DNA of 64,000 bases, from sequence record NZ_CP024444.1; one strand, given 5' to 3'. Numbering within the stretch: position 1 is the stretch's first letter; each line of letters opens with the position of its first letter. The translations under genes and the position numbers were made by a program. Below, piece after piece: positions 1 through 8,108 of this stretch. This DNA comes from a plasmid. Under the pieces are notes generated by a model. That model was given only the letters and a program-made list of their open reading frames with translations, searched no databases and was not told the DNA's origin.

Positions 1-1
1 A

Positions 2-496
2 TTAGCGGTGATGGCGATTACAACTGGGCTTATGATGTTTGATTTATCTCACGCCAGCCGTTGGCTTTACGCCCTATTGGTTGTGGACATGATTGTCCTA
101 TCGACCAATGCTGCCAGTATATTTGGGTCTATGAATATGATTGTGCATGGCAAACCACGTCCGGTATTTGATGATTATGCTGACCCACAAAAAGACAACC
201 TTAAGCACAACATGGCAAGCCTCCGTTTTATGAAATCGATGTATGCCTATGTCTGCGTAGCACCGATGGTATCAGTGGTACTTATGATGATTACTTTGGC
301 ATTGGTGAATTATGTGTTTGTGTTAGCCGCTGAACAACGCTTTTTGATGACGTATGCCTTAATAGGGATAATTGTGATACTCGCCATTTTAAGTGCGATC
401 AACTCCCCTACTTACCTTAAGGTCACCCGGTATTTAAAAAACTTACAGGTCGCGAACCAATATTTATCTAACACATCAATCCCAATTGACCGATGA
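2..496 (+). CDS. hydrophobic integral membrane protein, function unknown. The ORF is open to the window edge and may be a 3' fragment; the first in-window start is GTG at 8.
   Basis: Long ORF in the track (8..496) with an upstream reading frame that stays open to position 2. Predominantly hydrophobic sequence with several predicted TM helices. Confidence 0.45.
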   Translation, partial: LAVMAITTGLMMFDLSHASRWLYALLVVDMIVLSTNAASIFGSMNMIVHGKPRPVFDDYADPQKDNLKHNMASLRFMKSMYAYVCVAPMVSVVLMMITLALVNYVFVLAAEQRFLMTYALIGIIVILAILSAINSPTYLKVTRYLKNLQVANQYLSNTSIPIDR

Positions 497-747
497 AAAT
501 ATTCCAGCCTTGTTAGCTGGTGCTACCGTTCGTGAGCAAGTTTATAAAGACAAGACATCGTTAAGTTTAATCAAACAGACAGTAAAGATGATTGCTTAAA
601 CACTGTAATGACCGCCATTAGACTTACTGCTTGTAAAAATCAAATACGAAGTCAACTACAGAGGGGATGTATGAAAAAATCTGCTGTCATATCAGATTGC
701 GAAAAGTATCGTTATCAATTAATTAGACAATGGGATGACAACAAAAC

Positions 748-1155
748 TTGGCATTATTCATTGGACTAAATCCATCCATAGCCGATGATGAAATTGATGA
801 CCCCACAATAAGACGATGTATCGGTTTTGCCAAACGTGAACGTTTTGGCGGCTTTATTATGGCAAATCTTTTTGCTTACCGAGCAACTTCGCCTTGCGAT
901 ATGAAAAGTGCAGGACAACCAGTAGGCGAATTAAATGAATATTGGTTAGAACAAAGCATTAGTTCTTGTAAGGTTGTTATTGTCTGTTGGGGTGGCAATG
1001 GCTCGCACTTAAACCGACATATAGAAGTTAATGAATTGCTCAAAAAACATGCTAACAATACGCCTATTTTATGCTTTGGGAAAACCAAAGCTGGGCAACC
1101 AAAACATCCGCTATACTTAGCATCCAATACAGAACTGATAAATTATTTTAATTAA
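748..1155 (+). CDS. DUF1643 family protein. The N-terminal about 25 aa are encoded in another frame from 671, so the gene appears frameshifted.
   Basis: GLNPSIADDEIDDPTIRRCIGFAKRERFGG and NLFAYRATSP match the DUF1643 core (LNPSTAD..DPTIRRC..NLFA.RAT). The upstream mini-ORF 671..769 (MKKSAVISDCEKYRYQLIRQWDDNKTW) matches the DUF1643 N-terminus (C.KYRY.L.R.WD) but lies in the +1 frame. The track ORF starts with TTG at 748. Confidence 0.7.
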   Translation: MALFIGLNPSIADDEIDDPTIRRCIGFAKRERFGGFIMANLFAYRATSPCDMKSAGQPVGELNEYWLEQSISSCKVVIVCWGGNGSHLNRHIEVNELLKKHANNTPILCFGKTKAGQPKHPLYLASNTELINYFN

Positions 1156-1160
1156 AAATA

Positions 1161-1186
1161 AAAAGGCATGTTTATGCCTTTTCTTA
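1161..1186. terminator. bidirectional rho-independent terminator between the convergent DUF1643 gene and the methyltransferase gene
   Basis: AAAAGGCAT-gttt-ATGCCTTTT: a 9-bp stem, 4-nt loop and U-tract on both strands, lying between two convergent stop codons. Confidence 0.6.
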
Positions 1187-1246
1187 CTTTGGTAATGAAC
1201 CATTAACCTTATGAAGTTGTTGTTAATAGGTGGCTATGATAAACCA

Positions 1247-2692
1247 TCACGCCACCACACTGTATAATTTTTCATGGGCAAAGTTTGCTTCAACCAACGC
1301 TTTAGCAATCGGTGGGCAGACCGAATTTCCCACCATACGCGTTTGAGCCGTTTTTGACAATTTGATAACCTTGCCATGCTCGTCGATACCCTTGTCAATG
1401 ATATAGCTATCATCGAACCCTTGTGCCTGAAACAGTTCACGCGGCTGTAGCATACGAAAACCAATATCATTTAACCGATAGTCAATGCCGTTGATGGTAA
1501 TTAGGCTAAATCTATCCTTGCCTGTAATGGTGCGCATCGGGTCAGATAGCTTTTGACCATTGCGCTCATTACCGTAATAAACTGATAAAAATGCGCTTAC
1601 TAACGCATGATGACGCCCTGTGGTTATTGTCTTTAAAGGCGAATTCACACAGCCACCGGGATTGCCGCTGGTATTGACGACCAATGTAGGTGCGACCAAT
1701 GAGTTATGGTCACATGCGGTTATCGTATGTAGGGGACCACAAATTTCACTGCCCACCACGCCTGTATAGTTTTTGGCAATAAACGGGGCAATAAGCGCAT
1801 GATGTCCGCCTTTAATCTGACTGCAGATAGTCCGCAACGGCTCATTGGCTGGCATGCAGCGCGGTGATGACGTATTGGCAATCTCGGTCATAACAGGTGT
1901 TTTATCATTGACGACAAACGGACTTGGGTTATTGATTACATAACGCATGATGCCTGCGGCAATACGCTTGCAAGTATTATCCGCCAATGGCTTAGTACGC
2001 TCAAAGATACTCGGGCATGGAATTGACCAGTCAATACATTCGGCAGCGGTTCGCCAAGGTAATAACTTGCCTTTTTTTACCGCCAAGCTATCAGGTTCCC
2101 CGTGCGTGGGTTTTGGCCACTGAATTTTTAGACCATCGCGTCTTGCGATTAAAAAAAACCGTTTACGGGTTGTCGGTGCCCCAAAATCACAAGCTCGCAG
2201 CTCGCGATACTCAACCTCATAACCCTGGTTTTCAAGTGCGCGGATAAAAGACCTAAATGTTTTGCCTTTGTTTATTTTGCACGGTTTGCCATCTTCGCCA
2301 ACTGGACCCCACGTTTTGAATTCTTCTACGTTTTCAAGCATGATGACCCGTGGACGGCATTTTGATGCCCAGCGCAATGCGACCCAAGCAAGACCCCGTA
2401 CACGCTTGCTGACGGGTGCACCCCCTTTTGCTTTACTAAAATGCTTACAATCGGGGCTTAACCACACCAAGCCAACAGGCTGATTACCCGTGACTTTAAT
2501 CGGGTCAACTTCCCAAACTGACTCACAGTAATGTTTAGTATTTGGATGATTAATACGATGCATGGCAAGTGCTTCAGGGTCATGATTGATAGCGATATCA
2601 ATCGGTCTACCAAACGCCTGCTCTAAACCCGTACTGGTGCCACCACCGCCTGCAAAATTATCAACGATTAGCTCATGAGGCAACAATTGCAT
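1247..2692 (-). CDS. DNA (cytosine-5)-methyltransferase, an atypical phage/mobile-element type and apparently an orphan
   Basis: Motif I IVDNFAGGGGTSTGLEQA (FxGxG), motif VI IMLENVEEF (ENV), C-terminal motif X GNSVCPPIAKALV. The catalytic motif IV reads SPDCKHFS instead of the canonical GPPCQxFS. No restriction endonuclease gene is adjacent. Confidence 0.85.
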   Translation of the reverse strand: MQLLPHELIVDNFAGGGGTSTGLEQAFGRPIDIAINHDPEALAMHRINHPNTKHYCESVWEVDPIKVTGNQPVGLVWLSPDCKHFSKAKGGAPVSKRVRGLAWVALRWASKCRPRVIMLENVEEFKTWGPVGEDGKPCKINKGKTFRSFIRALENQGYEVEYRELRACDFGAPTTRKRFFLIARRDGLKIQWPKPTHGEPDSLAVKKGKLLPWRTAAECIDWSIPCPSIFERTKPLADNTCKRIAAGIMRYVINNPSPFVVNDKTPVMTEIANTSSPRCMPANEPLRTICSQIKGGHHALIAPFIAKNYTGVVGSEICGPLHTITACDHNSLVAPTLVVNTSGNPGGCVNSPLKTITTGRHHALVSAFLSVYYGNERNGQKLSDPMRTITGKDRFSLITINGIDYRLNDIGFRMLQPRELFQAQGFDDSYIIDKGIDEHGKVIKLSKTAQTRMVGNSVCPPIAKALVEANFAHEKLYSVVA

Positions 2693-2930
2693 TATTGCAC
2701 CCCCTGTGTAGCTAAAATGGCGTTAATTAGTTTGCCGCCAGCCATAAAGACAATCGGTCTTTCATCAGATGTTTGAGCCTTTCTCGTCATCTTCAGTTTC
2801 CTATTCACTTGATAAGTTGTGTTGTTAATCAATGCTTCAATCAAATTGAATTCAATTTATCTGCCTTTTAAAACTAAATTCACTAACTCATGAAGGTTTT
2901 GATTTGATTAATTAAAGCATATTGAAAAAA

Positions 2931-3941
2931 TTAATCGAAGTATTCAAAATAACGCCCATTTAGCAACGAAATTGCTTCATGCGCCCCCTTTTCAATCGCG
3001 TTTTTATCTTTCAATAGTTTTTCATCTTCTTTAATACTAAGTTCAATGTCGTCAACAAGGCTGCGATAACCATCCCAATATTCGTTTGATTTCGCGACGG
3101 CGGACTCACTCCAAATATCCTCCATCCAAGTTGAGAAATCAAATCGCGCCAAAGTTTGTAGTGCGTTTTGTTCGCCACTGATTAAGGTATCGTACATATC
3201 GGGTTTCACTAAATAACTGTATACCTTCATCTTCCACTTGCTGCGGCAAAACGCTTCAAGCACCAATGTTAGTATGGCTCGATAAAGAGTTCCGGTTGCG
3301 CCAACGACTTCGCTTAAATGTACGCCCGTTGTGTACACTTGGCAGCTATGGCTATTAAAAACTTTAACAATTAAAATCTCGCCAGCCTGTGAGTCTTTGC
3401 GAATAAATAAAACTTCGGAAACTTTGTCAAAACCATCGTCGGGTGTGGTACAAAAATCTACGACATCCGCTACGTTACGAAACTGTGAATAATTTTTAAC
3501 TACAAATGGCTTACCAATGCCAAATTGCAGCCAATTATCGTTACACCCAAAATAATTCGCCAGTAGCTTTAGTTGGCTAAAAGACGGCTCGGCTTTACCT
3601 TTAAACCATTTCTCTGTTTCTGTGGCGTATTCATACCCCAATTTTTTAGCAATCAATGACGGTGTCAAATAAGGGGCTAACGGCATTTTTCGCGTTCCCT
3701 CCAGCAAAAAATTCAAACGCGCTGAAATATCAGAAATTCGCTCGGAAGTTTGAAAGCGGTTGGCTAATTCATTTACCGCTTCAACGACATTTTGATAATT
3801 ATCATTAAGCGTCACAAAAGAATTCATTAAACGCTCAACAAGTTCAGCGTTAAGAGAGCGATTGTTATCTTTAGCATGTAGATGAATTTTATCTTTTAAG
3901 GGGCGTGGCAATCTTAGATTGACTTGAACTTCGTCCGACAT
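2931..3941 (-). CDS. protein with an N-terminal Arc/MetJ-type ribbon-helix-helix DNA-binding domain fused to an about 290-aa domain of unknown function
   Basis: N-terminus MSDEVQVNLRLPRPLKDKIHLHAKDNNRSLNAELVERL matches the Arc-repressor RHH pattern (beta strand plus NRS.NAE helix). The rest has no recognisable motif. A 170-bp AT-rich promoter-like region lies upstream (3942-4110). Confidence 0.5.
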   Translation of the reverse strand: MSDEVQVNLRLPRPLKDKIHLHAKDNNRSLNAELVERLMNSFVTLNDNYQNVVEAVNELANRFQTSERISDISARLNFLLEGTRKMPLAPYLTPSLIAKKLGYEYATETEKWFKGKAEPSFSQLKLLANYFGCNDNWLQFGIGKPFVVKNYSQFRNVADVVDFCTTPDDGFDKVSEVLFIRKDSQAGEILIVKVFNSHSCQVYTTGVHLSEVVGATGTLYRAILTLVLEAFCRSKWKMKVYSYLVKPDMYDTLISGEQNALQTLARFDFSTWMEDIWSESAVAKSNEYWDGYRSLVDDIELSIKEDEKLLKDKNAIEKGAHEAISLLNGRYFEYFD

Positions 3942-4110
3942 TATTTTTCCTTTTAAAAAGCATGTATTGAAAGACCATTAAATAATATTAACACATGAAT
4001 AATATAAAACTATATTAATATATTCATATTATAAAAACAATATTATTTTAATATATTTTAACTTAAAAAATAATTTACACGCCTTCCTTAATGATGAAAA
4101 ATAAGCTTAT

Positions 4111-4776
4111 TTATTTAGAAAGAACACTGCGTCTTTCAATCACCCTAAAGTTGATGCACCACACCCACGGGTTATTATCCCATCGCCTACCACTATTAAG
4201 CTCATAGAAACTATCCCAATGTTTGCTAAATTCTTGTTTGTAGCTATGTTTATGAGGGGACCAAAGCCCTTCTTTCTCATAATCTTGGTGGCTAATATCC
4301 TGCAGACGCTCGATGCGAGTATCGGTAATCTCAAGTAGCAATCGACTAAATTGCTTGGGCATCGATACGGGCGAGTTCCAGTAATAACCCTTTTCTTTAA
4401 GTTGTTCCATACTCGGTACATTCTCAAGATAAGGCATTTTTTCTAACAAATCGTTTGGGTAGCTGGCTTTATAGGTTAAATAGTTTTGGTCACTCACCTG
4501 TTGCCAGGTTTCGCGCACCCATAGACTCTCGCCAATCTCACCGTAAGGGCATTTCGGTTTACCAATCATCCAGCCATTTGGTTCATTAAATAGCCACCAA
4601 TCGCCATCCTTTTTTTCAATGTGCAGCCGAGTGATGTCTTCAGTTAGATGATCCTTAAACTTTACAACTCGCCTAACCATGGTTCTTTCACCCGTTAATA
4701 TGCCTTTTACCGTTTCCATATTAAACACAATGGGTCGCTCTTTTGTTTGTGTCGCCTGTCGTGATAAATAATTCAT
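4111..4776 (-). CDS. hypothetical protein, possibly an ASCH/PUA-like fold, as often seen next to phage methylases
   Basis: PIVFNMETVKGILTGERTMVRR and GESLWVRETWQ resemble the ASCH signature (F..V.AIL.G.KT.T.R ... VRE). This similarity is weak. Confidence 0.35.
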   Translation of the reverse strand: MNYLSRQATQTKERPIVFNMETVKGILTGERTMVRRVVKFKDHLTEDITRLHIEKKDGDWWLFNEPNGWMIGKPKCPYGEIGESLWVRETWQQVSDQNYLTYKASYPNDLLEKMPYLENVPSMEQLKEKGYYWNSPVSMPKQFSRLLLEITDTRIERLQDISHQDYEKEGLWSPHKHSYKQEFSKHWDSFYELNSGRRWDNNPWVWCINFRVIERRSVLSK

Positions 4777-4833
4777 CTTGATACATCCCTATACTTGTTT
4801 GTTAAGCCATGAATTTGCTAATTAGGTTTAAAG

Positions 4834-6348
4834 TCACAGCACATTGCGGTATTCGTATTGGTCTAAAACAGGTAAGTTGTCAGTGTGAATGGGTGTTGAG
4901 GCATCGCGCACAAAATAACTTTCGCTTAGGATATTTTTTGCATTATCGCCACAGGGATAATTGCACAGCATCATGTTTTGCACAATCTGCTGTCCTGGTT
5001 TTTCAGTAATGACGTAGCTATCCCGACCAAATACCGATACCCATGTTGCAAGCAGCGATTGGGTGTAACCGTGCGTGCTTGATGGTTTTGCGATAATATT
5101 GGCCACCACATGACGGCTACTGGCTTTGATGGCTTGTAGGCTTTCTTTGCTATAGACATTGCTTGCCACATACAGTCCATGAAACACATCAATGAGCGCA
5201 AAATCATACGGAGTGTCCCGGTAGGTCGTCACATAACGACGGGCATCTTTGGCAACAAAATGCACGTTGCTGGGTAAAGGCTTTTCTAAATAACGCGCTT
5301 CAACGATGCTAGGTAGGTATTCGTCGATATCGACGACCGTATTCATGCTTTGTGGGTGTTTGCTGGCGTACTCCAAAGGTATCACCATGCCTGCCCCACC
5401 AAGATACAGTAAGTGTTGGGCGTTTAGTTGGTTTGCCATGTTGACGCTTAATTGAGCGTACCATCCACAGCTTGACTGGGTATCAACATCCCAACAGCTA
5501 CTAATGGTTCTACGGGGGTCGTCTGTCAACCCACGCGCCTTATGACCATAGTTGTCTTTACCTGTCATCGTGCCGTCGATAATAAACCATGCGGTAGTCG
5601 GGGTTTGGATGCCTGTGTCGGTATGATTGGTGACACTAAAAATGAATACCATAGATAAAGCCGAGATACAGTACACCACATTACCTTTAATAGTACCCAC
5701 AAAGTTATCGCTTGGTTTATGTTCACGTAGACTCAACGCGGTTGCCATACTTGATGCCATACACAACATTATGACGAACGACATCAAACTGGCTTTTAAG
5801 CCAATATCAGGTAGCATGATAATCGGGGTGAGCGTTGAACCTAGTGCGCTGCCAACGGTGGTCATGGCAACCATCACGCCAGTATACTCACCAGCTAACA
5901 GGGCTGAATTTTTACTTTTGGGTTTGTTTAACGTAAGAAATTGGGTAAGTAGTGGGATGCTTGCTGACGCAAATGCCATACCGATGCCAAACATCGTTCC
6001 TACAAGAACGGCAGAAAAAAGGCTATCAACATTCGATTTCTCAAGAATTTCCATGGCTGGAATTTGAAACAAACAGGCAACTGCATGGGAAAATGCCGCT
6101 AGGGATAACACCAAGCCTGCCTTTTGTAAGGTTGCTTTCTTGTTTTGCATTTTCTCGCACAGTTTGCCACCCTGCCAGTAACCTAGTGCGATCGCAACGA
6201 GTAGCATTGCTAAGATAACGCCTGTAATTGCCGTTGAACTACCGATATAAATAGCTGCAACACGAATTGCGTAAATCTCAACACCTAACCCGGCAAAACC
6301 TTCAAACAGCCCTATTAACAAACATGGTAATAAGGGGGTCTTCAACAT
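4834..6348 (-). CDS. fused MFS-type membrane domain and spermidine-synthase-like (polyamine aminopropyltransferase fold) protein
   Basis: N-terminal about 230 aa contain multiple TM helices. The C-terminal part carries LYLGGAGMVIPLEYASKHP...VDIDEYL...DFALIDVFHG, typical of the spermidine synthase / class I SAM-MTase-like fold. Confidence 0.65.
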   Translation of the reverse strand: MLKTPLLPCLLIGLFEGFAGLGVEIYAIRVAAIYIGSSTAITGVILAMLLVAIALGYWQGGKLCEKMQNKKATLQKAGLVLSLAAFSHAVACLFQIPAMEILEKSNVDSLFSAVLVGTMFGIGMAFASASIPLLTQFLTLNKPKSKNSALLAGEYTGVMVAMTTVGSALGSTLTPIIMLPDIGLKASLMSFVIMLCMASSMATALSLREHKPSDNFVGTIKGNVVYCISALSMVFIFSVTNHTDTGIQTPTTAWFIIDGTMTGKDNYGHKARGLTDDPRRTISSCWDVDTQSSCGWYAQLSVNMANQLNAQHLLYLGGAGMVIPLEYASKHPQSMNTVVDIDEYLPSIVEARYLEKPLPSNVHFVAKDARRYVTTYRDTPYDFALIDVFHGLYVASNVYSKESLQAIKASSRHVVANIIAKPSSTHGYTQSLLATWVSVFGRDSYVITEKPGQQIVQNMMLCNYPCGDNAKNILSESYFVRDASTPIHTDNLPVLDQYEYRNVL

Positions 6349-6411
6349 ATTGTTCTCTATTCGCTAAAACTTAAAAGGGCAAATTCACTAAAATTTGCTA
6401 GGTATCACTAT

Positions 6412-7047
6412 TTATTTGGCTTTGGCTGCGCCTGCGGTATCATTTTTTACCAGCTTGTTAGTATCTTCATTGACACCACTTAGTATCGCGGTATTGCCGT
6501 AATTATTGTTAGTGTGACCTTTGGCAGTATCGATACGCTGTTGAATATTTTGTGCCAACACAGGGTCAGTTGCCGCTTGAGGTTGGTGGTACTGTTCTAA
6601 TTGGTCAAGTGTTGCAACGCCACCTCTAGCAAGGGTTTGCTCTTTGTCTTTCTTGACGTTATTTAGTACCTCTTGCTGCGCTTTAACAGCATCATCAAAA
6701 ACATGCTCATTTTTGCTGCCGGGCTGTGGCGTGGTGATTTCTTCAGGATATTTGCCATCTAGCTGCTGTTCTAATGGCTGAAAGCTTTGGCTTACTTGCC
6801 CAGCTAGTAAATCCACTTTGGCGATTTCATCAGCATTTTTATAAACTTCTTCATACTTCTTAATATGCGGTCTACGAAAATCGGCGAAATAGATATAAGC
6901 CACAATCGCAAGGGCAATTGAACCTAAAATCAACATGATTTGACCTTTGGTAAAATCAAGGCCACGAAGTTTGGCAATAGCCTCTTGCACATGCCGTTTT
7001 ACATCATGTTTTGACACGGGCGAGCTTACTTTTAACGGGGTTTTCAT
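6412..7047 (-). CDS. hypothetical single-pass membrane-anchored protein
   Basis: One TM segment (IMLILGSIALAIVAYIYFADF) followed by a polar, Q/K-rich extracytoplasmic region. No recognisable domain. Confidence 0.5.
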   Translation of the reverse strand: MKTPLKVSSPVSKHDVKRHVQEAIAKLRGLDFTKGQIMLILGSIALAIVAYIYFADFRRPHIKKYEEVYKNADEIAKVDLLAGQVSQSFQPLEQQLDGKYPEEITTPQPGSKNEHVFDDAVKAQQEVLNNVKKDKEQTLARGGVATLDQLEQYHQPQAATDPVLAQNIQQRIDTAKGHTNNNYGNTAILSGVNEDTNKLVKNDTAGAAKAK

Positions 7048-7277
7048 TAACGGTTACCTTTGTTGTCAATAGTAAGTATAAATTATAATATTTCTTAGTT
7101 ACTTACAAGCAAAGCCAGGTTCAAAAGCGACTTATTAACAAAATTTGGGTTACTAAACGTATAGTTAGATTGCTTAAATCTTACGCTGTATTAACCAATC
7201 TTTTATTTTTGTTCTAATTAAAGCTTGTGTTAAAAATATATTCATACCTTAGCAATTTTTGTTATACAATCCTTGAT

Positions 7278-7330
7278 ATAAATAGGTGTGTGAATTTTTT
7301 ATTTATAAATAGATGTGTCAATTTTTTATT
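7278..7330. promoter_or_regulatory. tandem 26-bp direct repeat (two copies with 2 mismatches) in an AT-rich intergenic region
   Basis: ATAAATAGGTGTGTGAATTTTTTATT (7278-7303) and ATAAATAGATGTGTCAATTTTTTATT (7305-7330), about 125 bp upstream of the 7455 ORF. Confidence 0.4.
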
Positions 7331-7454
7331 CAAATAACATAGTGGTAAACCATTATTCTTCATCAACCCAATGCCACTTGCTTATAGCAAACGCAATTGG
7401 GATTTTTTATACAAAAAACACATTAAAAAAAGCGACTGATTTTAGGGTTTTAAG

Positions 7455-7865
7455 ATGCTTGTAGTAAATCAAAACAGATTGTCGGCTCGGTTATCGCTGA
7501 CAACTTCGTTGTTTTTTGGCTCAATAAGTGCTGGCGGTACCTGTGAAAATGATTATATCGTTCATAGGCAATCACAAGACGGTCATCAGGATTTGACTTT
7601 GTCGCCAGTTAACTCGAAGGACGGTAGCTATGTATTTACCCAAAATATCGCAGGCACCAATCACACTGGTCGCCCTTTTGACCCCACTGGTCGCGCTTTT
7701 GACCCCATTTTACTAAAACAAGTGAATAATACACGGGTTTTAAACTTACTAGAGGGCAAAGGGGCTTGCACCAAGCAGGACGCTATACCATCAAACTATG
7801 CCGAGAAATTTCGGGAATTGGAAAAATTAGGTTCTTGCAATATTAAGTCATTTGGCACTCATTAA
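7455..7865 (+). CDS. small secreted/lipoprotein-like hypothetical protein carrying an internal GRPFDPTGRAFDP duplication
   Basis: N-terminal hydrophobic signal-like segment (LSLTTSLFFGSISAGGTC). No recognisable domain. Sits in the 1-kb AT-rich leader of the large cluster. Confidence 0.4.
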   Translation: MLVVNQNRLSARLSLTTSLFFGSISAGGTCENDYIVHRQSQDGHQDLTLSPVNSKDGSYVFTQNIAGTNHTGRPFDPTGRAFDPILLKQVNNTRVLNLLEGKGACTKQDAIPSNYAEKFRELEKLGSCNIKSFGTH

Positions 7866-8029
7866 CCGTATCGCAATCAACAATCACTAATTTTATTTAA
7901 TTAAACTTAATGATTGTGCTATTAGATAAACAAAATATAAACTGTTAAAATGGTCGTTTTTTTGTTAAAGCTTATCGCTTTAAATGGCTGAAAGCTTTAT
8001 AGAATGGGCAAAACAGTGTTATATTGTGG

Positions 8030-8048
8030 TATCCAACTTAATTGGATA
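8030..8048. promoter_or_regulatory. perfect palindrome TATCCAA-cttaa-TTGGATA about 60 bp upstream of the first gene of the large cluster; candidate operator
   Basis: 7-bp inverted arms with a 5-bp spacer, read directly from the sequence. Followed by GATAATACG, a -10-like element. Confidence 0.3.
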
Positions 8049-8108
8049 ATACGCCTAGATTTTTTAGGGTATTTTAATTCTTAGCACATCAAGGTAAAAG
8101 GTAGCGTC

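Noticed and set aside
5627-6218. 146-aa and 88-aa plus-strand ORFs inside the MFS/spermidine-synthase gene
   Set aside because: They are antisense to a well-supported long ORF, with no RBS or motifs.
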